This document shows, piece by piece, positions 17,943-26,394 of a stretch of 32,000 nt of DNA (position 1 is the stretch's first letter; every line of letters starts with the position of its first letter). Both the position numbers and the translations under genes were made by a program. The notes below the pieces were generated by a model. It was not told the origin of the DNA, did no database searches, and saw nothing but the letters and a program-made list of their open reading frames with translations. Source of the DNA: Phycisphaera mikurensis NBRC 102666 (lineage in GTDB: Bacteria; Planctomycetota; Phycisphaerae; Phycisphaerales; Phycisphaeraceae); contig NC_017080.1 of the NCBI RefSeq assembly GCF_000284115.1, forward strand, positions 2,730,001 through 2,762,000, read 5' to 3'.

Positions 17943-18704
17943 GCCGAGCAACGCGTCGAGCTGGGCGCGGGCCAGCGGGGGCAGGTCGCCCGGCTCCGCC
18001 CGCATCGCGTGCAGAGCGGCTTCGGCGGCCGCTTGCTCGGCTCCTTTCTTCGTCGAGGCGGAAGCCTCCCCGAAGCGGCGACCGGCCACCACCGCGGCGA
18101 CGCGGAAGACGGGGCGGTGGCCCGGGCCGCTGGAGCCGAGCGGCTCGTAGAGCGCACGCCCGCCGAGGTGGGCCTGGGCGAAGTCCTGCAGCGCGCTCTT
18201 GAAGTTCCGCTGGTGGGTGGAGGTGGCGGCCTCCTCGAGGGCGTCGCCGAGGTGATCGAGCACGAAGGCGCGGGCGGTGGGCAGGCCGGCGTCGAGGTGC
18301 AGGGCGGCGACGACGGCCTCGAAGGCGTTGCCGCCGAGCGTGTCGGCCAGCCGCGCCCGGGCCCGCATGCCCGGACCCAGCTGCAGCAGGGCGACGAGGC
18401 CGAGCCGATCGGCGGCGGCGGCGCAGGCGACACGCGAGACCACGGCGGACTTCATCACCGACAGCTCGCCCTCGGGGCGGTCGGGGAAGCGCTCGAAGAG
18501 CGCCTCGCAGACGCACAGCTCGATGACGGCGTCGCCGAGGAACTCCAGACGCTCGTTGGAGGGCCGGCCGGGGCCGGCGGCCGACGCGTGGCGCAGCGCC
18601 TCCGCGAGGAGCCCGGCGTCGGCGAAGCGGTGGCCGAGCGCGGCCTGCGCGCGTTCGATTCGGTCGGCGTCGGAAGCTGCGGGCCGGGGCGCTGACTCGC
18701 TCAC
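17940..18704 (-). CDS. rnc: Ribonuclease III
   Basis: NERLEFLGDAV signature, the second catalytic segment GGNAFEAVVAAL, and a C-terminal dsRBD (FKSALQDFAQ..., KKGAEQAAAEAAL). GTG start. Confidence 0.9.
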   Translation of the reverse strand: MSESAPRPAASDADRIERAQAALGHRFADAGLLAEALRHASAAGPGRPSNERLEFLGDAVIELCVCEALFERFPDRPEGELSVMKSAVVSRVACAAAADRLGLVALLQLGPGMRARARLADTLGGNAFEAVVAALHLDAGLPTARAFVLDHLGDALEEAATSTHQRNFKSALQDFAQAHLGGRALYEPLGSSGPGHRPVFRVAAVVAGRRFGEASASTKKGAEQAAAEAALHAMRAEPGDLPPLARAQLDALLG

Positions 18705-18712
18705 GAACGGGG

Positions 18713-18718
18713 ACGCTA
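18713..18718 (-). promoter_or_regulatory. -10-like box TAGCGT, 8 nt upstream of rnc GTG
   Basis: Minus strand reads TAGCGT ccccgttc GTG. Confidence 0.4.
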
Positions 18719-18798
18719 CCGGCGATTTCCGAAGCGTCGTGCGCGCTCCGCGGATCCGTCCGCCCGCTGAGGCGCAGAGGGAACGGCGAGCGATGCGC

Positions 18799-18804
18799 TA
18801 CCCT
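18799..18804 (+). promoter_or_regulatory. -10-like box TACCCT, 7 nt upstream of the S55 peptidase GTG
   Basis: TACCCT ccgcgcc GTG read directly. Confidence 0.4.
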
Positions 18805-18811
18805 CCGCGCC

Positions 18812-20839
18812 GTGCATTCCGCCTCCACCCGCCCCGTGCTCCGAAGACGCCACCTCTTTCTCGCGGCGACGCTCGCGGGGCTTGGCATCGGACCCGCCCT
18901 CGCGGAGCCGTCCGACGGCTACGACCCGGAGCCCGGCGTCATCGCGAGCCCGCAGACGCTGCGGGAGGAGATCCCGCTGGAAGAGGTGAGGGTGGGCATG
19001 AAGGGCTACGGGCTCTCGGTCTTCCACGGGACCCGGATCGAGAGCTTCCCCGTGGAGGTGGTCAGCGTGATCACCAGCTCGCGTCCCGGCCGCTCGGTGG
19101 TCTGGGTGTCCTGCACGGACGAGCGGATGCAGAAGTATGGCCCGGTGCAGGGCATGTCCGGCTCGCCGATCTACCTCTGGGACGAAGGCGAAGCGGGCGT
19201 GGAGGGCGAGGGCGGGCGGCTGCTGGGGGCCTTCGCCTTCGGCTACCCGATGACCAACGAGTGCATGGTCGGGGTGCAGCCGATCGGCTACATGCGGGCG
19301 GTGGGCGTGCGGGCGGCGGCGGGCGTCGACGCGGTCGACGGGAGCGCGGCCGGGCCGGCCACCGGCAACGCGCCCGCGACGCTGGCGGCGGGGCTGATCG
19401 CCAGCCTGATCGCCGAGGCCGAGGCCGCGGCGGCCCCGGCTTGGGCCCGCACCGGCTTGGATCACGCCGCCGGCGTTGCCCGCCGCACGCCGGGCTTCGC
19501 GGCGACGGCCGGATCCGCGCCGTCCGCCGCCGACGCGGGCCCGCGGCCCCTCGCACTCCCGGTTGCCGTCGGGAGCGCCGAGCTCGCCCGCGTGGCCGCC
19601 CCCTTCCTCCGCCCGCTGGGCTTGAACGCGACGGCCGGCGGGGGCGACGCCGGCGGCGTGGGCGGTCCGATTCCCTCCAACGTCGACGCGGACGCCACGC
19701 GCATCGAGCCCGGCTCGGTGCTGGCGATCCCGCTGGCCTTCGGCGACTGGACCCCCACCGCCGCCGGCACCGTCACCGACGTCTCGCCCGATGGCACCGT
19801 CATCGGCTTCGGCCACGCGATGGACGGCCAGGGCGACACCGCCCTGCCGCTGGCGAGCGGCTACACGCACTTCGTGGTGTCCAGGCGCGACATCTCCTTC
19901 AAGCAGGCGGGGCTGCTGAAGATGGCGGGCAGCATCCTGCAGGACGAGAGCACCGCCGTCGCCGGCTCGGCCATGCGGGCGTTCCGCACGGCGCCCTCCG
20001 CGGTCCGCGTGAGGATGCCCGGCCACCCCGACCGGGCCTACGCCTACGACGTGGTGCAGCACCCCGGCTACACGCCGTTCATCGGCCCGCTCACGGCGGT
20101 CGTCTCGCTGGGGGCGGAGCAGTCCCCGCCGGAGCGGAACACGACGCGTGTGACCGGCCGCGTCGCCTTCAGCGACGGGAGCGGGCTGGACGTCGACGTC
20201 GCCCTGCCCTTCGGCACGCCCGGCGGCGTCGCCGGCGAGCTCGGGCCGGCCGTGTCGATGATGCTCACCAACCCCTTCGAGCGGCTCGAGCTCGCCTCGA
20301 TGGACTTCGACCTCGAGGTCACGCCGGAGGTGGAGCTGGCCTTCCTGCAGGACGCCTCGGTTCAGCCCGCCGTGGCGCAGCCGGGCGAGGAGGTGGAGGT
20401 CGAGGTGCGGCTCCAGCCCTACGACGCGCCCCTGCGGGTCGAGCGCTACAAGGTCCGCGTGCCCGTGGACGCGCCCGATGGCGAGCTGGAGCTGCTGGTG
20501 AGCGACGCGTCGACCGCGCTGTTCCGCCTGCAGGCGGCGCGGCCCGCGTGGAACAAGATCGACTCGCTCGACGAGCTGCGCGAGCAGCTGCAGCTGGGTC
20601 TCACCTTCCCGCGGCGGGCGGTCCACGTGTCGGTCTCCAGCGAGGGCCCGCCGGAGCTGACGCTCGGCGAGTCGACGCTGCCGGGCATCCCCAACACGTT
20701 CGGCGCCGTGCTCGGCAGCTCCGCCTCGTCGGCCGCCCGCCCCGGCCGCGCCGTGCAGCAATCCGCTTTCGAGGTGCCCGAGGTCGTCGCCGGATCGCTC
20801 CGCGTGAGCGTCGAGATCCGGCGGGATCCGGCCGGCTGA
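18812..20839 (+). CDS. Secreted peptidase S55 (SpoIVB-like) family serine protease, 675 aa
   Basis: Signal-like RRRHLFLAATLAGLGIGPALA. VQGMSGSPIY...LLGAFAFG Ser motif at residues 112-145. AAGTVTDVSPDGTVIGFGHAMD His motif at residues 317-338. C-terminal beta-rich region. Confidence 0.8.
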   Translation: MHSASTRPVLRRRHLFLAATLAGLGIGPALAEPSDGYDPEPGVIASPQTLREEIPLEEVRVGMKGYGLSVFHGTRIESFPVEVVSVITSSRPGRSVVWVSCTDERMQKYGPVQGMSGSPIYLWDEGEAGVEGEGGRLLGAFAFGYPMTNECMVGVQPIGYMRAVGVRAAAGVDAVDGSAAGPATGNAPATLAAGLIASLIAEAEAAAAPAWARTGLDHAAGVARRTPGFAATAGSAPSAADAGPRPLALPVAVGSAELARVAAPFLRPLGLNATAGGGDAGGVGGPIPSNVDADATRIEPGSVLAIPLAFGDWTPTAAGTVTDVSPDGTVIGFGHAMDGQGDTALPLASGYTHFVVSRRDISFKQAGLLKMAGSILQDESTAVAGSAMRAFRTAPSAVRVRMPGHPDRAYAYDVVQHPGYTPFIGPLTAVVSLGAEQSPPERNTTRVTGRVAFSDGSGLDVDVALPFGTPGGVAGELGPAVSMMLTNPFERLELASMDFDLEVTPEVELAFLQDASVQPAVAQPGEEVEVEVRLQPYDAPLRVERYKVRVPVDAPDGELELLVSDASTALFRLQAARPAWNKIDSLDELREQLQLGLTFPRRAVHVSVSSEGPPELTLGESTLPGIPNTFGAVLGSSASSAARPGRAVQQSAFEVPEVVAGSLRVSVEIRRDPAG

Positions 20840-20903
20840 TCGCCCCCTTCCCGCTCCCTCGCGGGCCGGCTTGGCCGGTCCGCAGCCGTGTTCCAACCCC
20901 CTC

Positions 20904-23462
20904 ATGCCGATGCCGCAACGTTCCGCCACGCGATCCACCCGCCCGCACGCCACGGTCCCCCTCGCGGCGGCGGGCGTGCTGCTGTGCGGCTCCACGCTGG
21001 CGGCAGCGACCGCCACCGCCGACACGGCGCGGCGGTTCGTGCACACGACCGAGGCGGACTTCGCCCCCGGTGAGGCCGAAGGCTTCTCGGTGACGGCCTA
21101 CGGAGAGCTGGTCCCGGTGCCCGCCTTCGAGGCGCTGCCCGACGCGCCCGAGGGCGTGGAGACGCTGCTCGCGCTGGCCGCGGACGGCGGCGGCACCGTC
21201 TACGCCGCGGGCGGGACCGCGAGCGGCGGCGCGGCGGTGGTGAAGCTCGTGGCAGACGCCTGGGAGGAGGTTGCGGCCTTCGGAGACGCGCAAGTCTTCT
21301 GCCTGCTCGCGGCCGGCGACGAGCTGCTCGCCGGGGTGAGCGCGGCGGACGGGGCCAGCCGCGTCGTTGCGCTCGGAGGCGGGGAGCCACGGACGGTGCT
21401 GGAGCTGCCCGAGGACCGCTACGTGTGGGCGATGGCCGGCACGCCCGGCCGGACGCCGCTGCTCTTGGCCACCGGCATCGAGGGCCGCGTGCTGTCGGTG
21501 GCCTTCGAGGCGGTGGCGGGTGAAGGAGCCGACGGGGCCGGGGAGAGGCCCGAGCCCGTCGTCGTCCTCGACGCCGCCCAGGCCAACGTGCTCGCGCTGG
21601 CCGCCTCCCCCGGCGGCTTCCCCTTCTTCGCCGGCACCGACACCGACGGCATCGTCTACCGCATCGACGCCGCCGAGGGCGACGATCCGCTCGCGGCCGT
21701 GGCCGTCTTCGACGCCGCCGAGCCCGAGGTCGCCGCGCTGGCGGTCCACGGCGACGGCCGCGTGTACGTCGGCACGGCCGACGCCGAGCAGGCCAAGCCC
21801 GGGCGCCTCGGGGACCCGGCGGGCGAGTCGACGGGCAAGCCGCAGATCGCCGACGACGCCGTCGGCGACAGCAACGACGCCGACCTGCCCCCGATCGAGC
21901 CCGGGCCGGTCGAGCTGGCGGAGGGGGCCACGCCCGCCGCCCCCGGTGCCGTCGCGCCCACGGCCGCGCCGGATGCGGCCGCCGCCGGAGGGTCCGGAGA
22001 CGAGCCCGCGGCCGAAGAGGGTGCGCCCGCGACCGAGGAAGCCGGCGAGCCCGGGGCCGCGACGCCCACGCCCGCCGATTACGACGCGCTCCGCGAGACG
22101 CTCAAGGAGAAGCTTGCCAGCGCGAAGCAGACCGGCACGCTCGAGCTGGAGGGCGTGGCCGCCGCCTCGTCGACGCCCAAGGCCAGCCGGCCCCGGACCC
22201 CCGACCAGCCCGCGGCCGAGAAGAAGGAGGGCAACGCCGTGTACGAGCTGCTCCCTGAAGGCAGCTCGCGGGAGGTGTTCCGCGAGACCTCGATGGTGCT
22301 CGCGCTCGCGCTGGACGACGCCGGCCAGCGCCTCCTCATCGGCACCGGTGGCGAAGGCGAGCTGCACGCGGTCGACGTCGCGGACGGCACGCGGACGCTG
22401 GTCCGCGACCTCGACAGCCAGCAGGTCACGGCCCTGCTTGCCGGCGGCGACGGCGTCACGGTCGCGGCCTCCAGCCCCGCCCTCGCCGGCCGGCTTCCCG
22501 GCGGCCGTCCCACCGGGGAGGCCGTCTACACCTCGGCCTCCCTGGACGCCGGCCGCACCGCGCTGTTCGGCCGCATCCGCCTCGACGCCACCGGACCCGG
22601 CGGCACCGCGTTCGGCGTGGAGACGCGTTCGGGGGCCACCGCCGACCCCGAGGCCGCGCCCTGGTCCGCGTGGATCCCCGCCGGGGAGCTCGCCGCGGGC
22701 GACCCGGCGGCCTCGCTGGAGATCCCGGCGTCGCCGGCGCGGTTCCTGCAGTACCGCCTGACGCTCGCCGCCCGGCCCGACGCCGACGCGGCCGCGGCCA
22801 CGCCCGCCGTGGAGTCGGTGACGCTGTCCTACGCCGTGCCGAACCTCGCGCCGCGGGTCACCCGCCTGACCCTGGAGGCGGCGGAGCCCGAGGAGCCCGG
22901 GGCCGAGGCCGACCCCACCGTGTCGATCGCGTGGGAGGCCAACGACCCCGACGAGGACACGCTCTCCTACGACGTCAGCTGGCGCCTGGAGGGCTCCGAC
23001 GCCTGGCTGCTCGCGGCCGAGGACCTGACCGAGACCACCTTCGACTGGGACACCCGCGGCCTCGGCTCGGGCCGCTACACCGTCCGCGTGGCCGCGACCG
23101 ATGCCCCCGACAACCCGCCGGGCCAGGAGCGGACCTCCACCCGCCGCTCGGACGTGTTCCTGCTGGACAACACCCCGCCGACGCTCGAGGCCTCGGCCGA
23201 GGAGGAGAGCGGCGAGCTTGTAATCACCGGCACCGCGAGCGACGCGACGGGCACCGTCGCCGGTGTCGCCTTCCGCGTCGGCGACGACGCCGCGTTCCGG
23301 CCCGTCGCCGCGGCCGACCTGCTCTTCGACTCGGCCGAGGAAGCCTTCCGCCTCCCGCTGCCCGGGCTCGACCGCTCCCGCGGCCACGTCGTGACGCTCC
23401 GCGCCGCCGACGCCCGCGGCAACGCGGCCTTCCGCAGCGTCGTCGTGCCGGCAAAACCGTAG
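20904..23462 (+). CDS. Secreted beta-propeller-like protein with C-terminal Ig/FN3-like domains (hypothetical)
   Basis: Signal peptide (..LLCGSTLAAATATA). Recurrent blades (VYAAGG, LLATGIEGRVL, FFAGTDTDGIVYRI, VYVGTAD, LLIGTGGEGELHAV). C-terminal ..WSAW...ARFLQYRLTL.. and DNTPP Ig-like segments. Start is 20871, 20904 or 20910. Confidence 0.6.
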   Translation: MPMPQRSATRSTRPHATVPLAAAGVLLCGSTLAAATATADTARRFVHTTEADFAPGEAEGFSVTAYGELVPVPAFEALPDAPEGVETLLALAADGGGTVYAAGGTASGGAAVVKLVADAWEEVAAFGDAQVFCLLAAGDELLAGVSAADGASRVVALGGGEPRTVLELPEDRYVWAMAGTPGRTPLLLATGIEGRVLSVAFEAVAGEGADGAGERPEPVVVLDAAQANVLALAASPGGFPFFAGTDTDGIVYRIDAAEGDDPLAAVAVFDAAEPEVAALAVHGDGRVYVGTADAEQAKPGRLGDPAGESTGKPQIADDAVGDSNDADLPPIEPGPVELAEGATPAAPGAVAPTAAPDAAAAGGSGDEPAAEEGAPATEEAGEPGAATPTPADYDALRETLKEKLASAKQTGTLELEGVAAASSTPKASRPRTPDQPAAEKKEGNAVYELLPEGSSREVFRETSMVLALALDDAGQRLLIGTGGEGELHAVDVADGTRTLVRDLDSQQVTALLAGGDGVTVAASSPALAGRLPGGRPTGEAVYTSASLDAGRTALFGRIRLDATGPGGTAFGVETRSGATADPEAAPWSAWIPAGELAAGDPAASLEIPASPARFLQYRLTLAARPDADAAAATPAVESVTLSYAVPNLAPRVTRLTLEAAEPEEPGAEADPTVSIAWEANDPDEDTLSYDVSWRLEGSDAWLLAAEDLTETTFDWDTRGLGSGRYTVRVAATDAPDNPPGQERTSTRRSDVFLLDNTPPTLEASAEEESGELVITGTASDATGTVAGVAFRVGDDAAFRPVAAADLLFDSAEEAFRLPLPGLDRSRGHVVTLRAADARGNAAFRSVVVPAKP

Positions 23463-23650
23463 AACGCCGCACCGAGCAAGCCGCCTCCGCTCGGGCGAGC
23501 CGCGGCCGCCCGCGGCCACAGCCCGGAGGCCCGGAGGGCCCGGCTCCGCGACCGGACGCGATGCGCTCCGCGGGCGCGGCCGCGGACCGCGGCGAGCGAT
23601 GCGTTGGAACCGCGACGGTCCGCGGATTCTGCGGGCACGCGACCATCCGC

Positions 23651-23656
23651 TATCCT
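23651..23656 (+). promoter_or_regulatory. -10-like box TATCCT, 10 nt upstream of rpmH ATG
   Basis: TATCCT ctccgccccg ATG read directly. Confidence 0.45.
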
Positions 23657-23666
23657 CTCCGCCCCG

Positions 23667-23816
23667 ATGTCCACTCACTACCCCAAGCGTCGTTCCCTCA
23701 TCAAGCGCGCCCGCAAGTTCGGCTTCCGCGCCCGGATGAAGACCAGCCTCGGCCGCAAGATGCTCAACCGCAAGCGTCGCGTCGGGCGGAGCGTGAACGT
23801 CCGCAAGAGCTTCTGA
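23667..23816 (+). CDS. rpmH: 50S ribosomal protein L34
   Basis: KRRSLIKRARKFGFRARMKTSLGRKMLNRKRRVGR matches the L34 core (..GFRARM...GR.vl..RR.kGR). Confidence 0.9.
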   Translation: MSTHYPKRRSLIKRARKFGFRARMKTSLGRKMLNRKRRVGRSVNVRKSF

Positions 23817-23839
23817 CCCGCCCCCCCCGGGCGTCTCCC

Positions 23840-23866
23840 GCGGCGGGCGCACGCCCGCCGCTTTTT
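23840..23866 (+). terminator. Rho-independent terminator of rpmH
   Basis: GCGGCGGGCG ca CGCCCGCCGC, a 10-bp GC stem, followed by TTTTT (23862-23866). Confidence 0.8.
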
Positions 23867-23918
23867 CTGCGCCCGCCGCGGCGTGGAGCGGGTCCGCCGG
23901 CCCGCGTCCGGAGCCGGA

Positions 23919-25247
23919 TCAAGGCTCGGCGCTGTGATCCTCGGTGTCGGCGGACCACAGGCCGATGCCGGGATCGGGCACGTAGAAGACCTCCTCGCCG
24001 GCGCGGTCGTTCCAGCCGGGCCGCAGGTTCCCCGCGTCGAGCCGGGCGACGGCCGCGTCGTGGTCCTCGAAGTCGAATCCGACGCCGCGGACGGCCTCGG
24101 CGGGGAGGTTCTCCGGCCGCGTGGCGTAGGTGATCCCGAAGCGGCCCTCGCCGCTGCCGTGGATGAGGTGGGCGGCGACGCTGGCCTCGGCCCGCAGCGC
24201 GGCGTGCTCGGCCATGGCGGCGAGCGTTCGGGGCGTGCCGTGGTAGCCGAAGCGGGCGATCAGGGGGTCGGTCCGGGCGTTCTCGCCGAAACGCTTCACG
24301 CCGGGGGCGAGCACGACGAGGCGGCCGCCGGTCGCCATGGCCATGCGCGTGCGGTAGATGGCCTTGTTGCCGAGCCACGTGCTGGCGTAGGTCTCGGCGT
24401 CGAGCTTGACCACGCAGGTCCGGATCGGCCGGTCGAGATCGGTGAGGTTCACCATCCGCGAGAGCGCAGCGGCCTCGCGGAAGGCGCTGTTGTCGCGGCT
24501 GGCGAAGAGCCCGCGGAGCACGGGCCGCGGCGTCGCGGAGCCATCGAGAACGCCCTCGACAACCGACAGCACGAAGCCCACGCGCGTCCTGGGCTCGACG
24601 AACTCGCGGTACATGCGATCGAGCAGCCGCCGGACGGGCGTCTCCGCCCGGCCCATCACGCGCTCCATCCCGTAGACGGCGCCCAGCAGGTGCGAGCGGT
24701 CGATCACCGGCTTGCCGCCGACGCCGATCATCACGTTCTTGGTGTAGTTGGCGAGGCCGACCACCTCGTGGGGCACCACCTGGCCCAGCGAGAGCACGAC
24801 GTCGTAGCCGCCGGAGGTGACCGCGGGGTTGACGGCGACGGGCAGGTCGTCGATGACGCCGGCGCGGGCGAGGCGGCCGCCGGAGAGGCGGTCGATCTCG
24901 AGGCCGTCGATGGTGCCCAGCACGTCGAGCTCGCCGTCCCAGCGGTGCACCCGGAAGCGGTCCATCGGGATCGTCTCGCCGAAGAAGCGACGCAGCTGGG
25001 CCTCGGTCATCGGGTGGTGGGTGCCCAGGGCGGGCATCACGTCGACGCGCACGTCCGGCTCGAGCAACGACCACAGCTCCGCGGCCATCTTCCCGGCGAA
25101 GCTCTTCGCGCGGGTGTGGTCGGGCGGCAACAGGAGCACCCGCTCCGCGTCGCCGCACCAGGCTCTGGCCACCTCCGCCATCCGCTCGCGCAGCCGCTGG
25201 GGCGTGACCTCCGCCTCGGGCCCGCCCTCGGAGAAGAGCGTGCTCAC
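23919..25247 (-). CDS. LarA-like (DUF2088, lactate racemase superfamily) hydroxyacid racemase/epimerase homologue
   Basis: LLLPPDHTRAKS, ALGTHHPMTEAQL and GQVVPHEVVGLANYTKNV parallel the LarA SDHTRP / ATGFHRP / SHFFAGFSGGRKS motifs. GTG start overlaps the gntK stop (GTGA). Confidence 0.65.
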   Translation of the reverse strand: MSTLFSEGGPEAEVTPQRLRERMAEVARAWCGDAERVLLLPPDHTRAKSFAGKMAAELWSLLEPDVRVDVMPALGTHHPMTEAQLRRFFGETIPMDRFRVHRWDGELDVLGTIDGLEIDRLSGGRLARAGVIDDLPVAVNPAVTSGGYDVVLSLGQVVPHEVVGLANYTKNVMIGVGGKPVIDRSHLLGAVYGMERVMGRAETPVRRLLDRMYREFVEPRTRVGFVLSVVEGVLDGSATPRPVLRGLFASRDNSAFREAAALSRMVNLTDLDRPIRTCVVKLDAETYASTWLGNKAIYRTRMAMATGGRLVVLAPGVKRFGENARTDPLIARFGYHGTPRTLAAMAEHAALRAEASVAAHLIHGSGEGRFGITYATRPENLPAEAVRGVGFDFEDHDAAVARLDAGNLRPGWNDRAGEEVFYVPDPGIGLWSADTEDHSAEP

Positions 25248-25759
25248 GGCCTCACCGCCTCTCCGGTGCGTTGGGCGCGGACCGCGTCGGCGGCGGCCGC
25301 GACGACCTCGTCCAGCGGTGGCTCGATGCTCACCGCGACCACGCCGGGTTCGCCGGCGGGGTCCTCCAGCGTCCTGAACTGGCTGTCGAGCAGCGAGGGC
25401 GGCATGAAGTGGTCCTCCCGCGCCGCCATCCGCAGCGCGATGGTCTCGCGGTCGCCCGCGAGGTGGACGAAGAAGACATCGCCGGCCTCGCGGAGCCGGT
25501 CGCGGTACGACCGCTTCAGGGCGGAGCAGGCGAGCGCCGCCCCGCCGCCTCGGTTCCACGCGGCGATCGCCTCGCTCATCGCGTCCAGCCAGGGCGCCCG
25601 GTCGGCGTCGGTGAGGGGCGTGCCGCCGGCCATCTTCTCGACGTTCGCCCGCGGGTGGAAGGCGTCGGCGTCCTCGAAGGGCAGGCCCAGCCGGTCGGCG
25701 ACGCGGCGGCCGACTTCGCTCTTCCCGCAACCGGCCACACCCATGAACACGTGCGTCAT
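25244..25759 (-). CDS. gntK: Gluconokinase
   Basis: FMGVAGCGKSEVG (P-loop), FEDADAFHPRANVEKMAGGTPLTDADRAPWL and ACSALKRSYR are typical of GntK/IdnK. The ORF upstream of ATG 25759 is Arg-rich junk. Confidence 0.85.
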   Translation of the reverse strand: MTHVFMGVAGCGKSEVGRRVADRLGLPFEDADAFHPRANVEKMAGGTPLTDADRAPWLDAMSEAIAAWNRGGGAALACSALKRSYRDRLREAGDVFFVHLAGDRETIALRMAAREDHFMPPSLLDSQFRTLEDPAGEPGVVAVSIEPPLDEVVAAAADAVRAQRTGEAVRP

Positions 25760-25791
25760 GGGGCCAGCGTACGGCCTCGCGGGCAGCGGCC

Positions 25792-26394
25792 TCAGCCGCG
25801 GCGCCGGCCGCCCGCCCACGCGGCGCGGTCCCGGATCAGCGCGCGGTGCAGCCGGGCGTCGGCCTCGTCGGCGAGCAGGAACGTGGCCCGCCGCGGGAAC
25901 GCCGGCGGCGGGCGGCGGGCGAAGTGGCCGACCGCGTGGCCGAGGGCGATCTTGGCCGCCCGCTCGGGCGGGAAGGCGGCGTCGGCGTGGAAGCGACCCA
26001 GCGGCGTGAAGCCGAGGTGGCCGAGTCCGAGCCGCTCGGCCGCCGCGAGCGCGGCGGCGTAGCAGGAGGCGAGCAGCACGTCCTCGTGGGCCTGGCCGAA
26101 GGCGGCGGCGTCGCCGCGGGGGGCGCCGGGGGCGGCGTCGGGGGCGACGGCGGTCCAGCGGGGCGGGCCCACCGGGATCGTGAGCACGCCGTCCGCGCCG
26201 GGCTCGGGCGCGGCGGTGCTCCCGGCGGCGAGCCCCGCGTCCGCCACGACGATCGCGTCCAGCGGCGTCTCCAGGCGGGCCGGACCCTCCGCCGCGTGGA
26301 GGCCGATGCGCGACCACGGCCCGCCCCGCTCCGGCGCGATCAGCGGCAGCGGAAGCCCGCCGATCAGGTGGTCGCCGTCGCGGCGGGCGCTCAC
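25792..26394 (-). CDS. Hypothetical protein, degenerate macro-domain-like
   Basis: LDAIVVADAGL..., VLLASCYAAALAAAERLGLGHLGFTPLG...FPPERAAKIALGHAV and FLLADE follow the macro-domain layout, but the Gly-rich ADP-ribose loops are poorly conserved. GTG start overlaps the upstream stop (GTGA). Confidence 0.35.
   Translation of the reverse strand: MSARRDGDHLIGGLPLPLIAPERGGPWSRIGLHAAEGPARLETPLDAIVVADAGLAAGSTAAPEPGADGVLTIPVGPPRWTAVAPDAAPGAPRGDAAAFGQAHEDVLLASCYAAALAAAERLGLGHLGFTPLGRFHADAAFPPERAAKIALGHAVGHFARRPPPAFPRRATFLLADEADARLHRALIRDRAAWAGGRRRG

Noticed and set aside
23463-23666. Replication origin or DnaA boxes upstream of rpmH
   Set aside because: No TTATCCACA-like words or AT-rich unwinding element are visible, and neither dnaA nor rnpA is adjacent.
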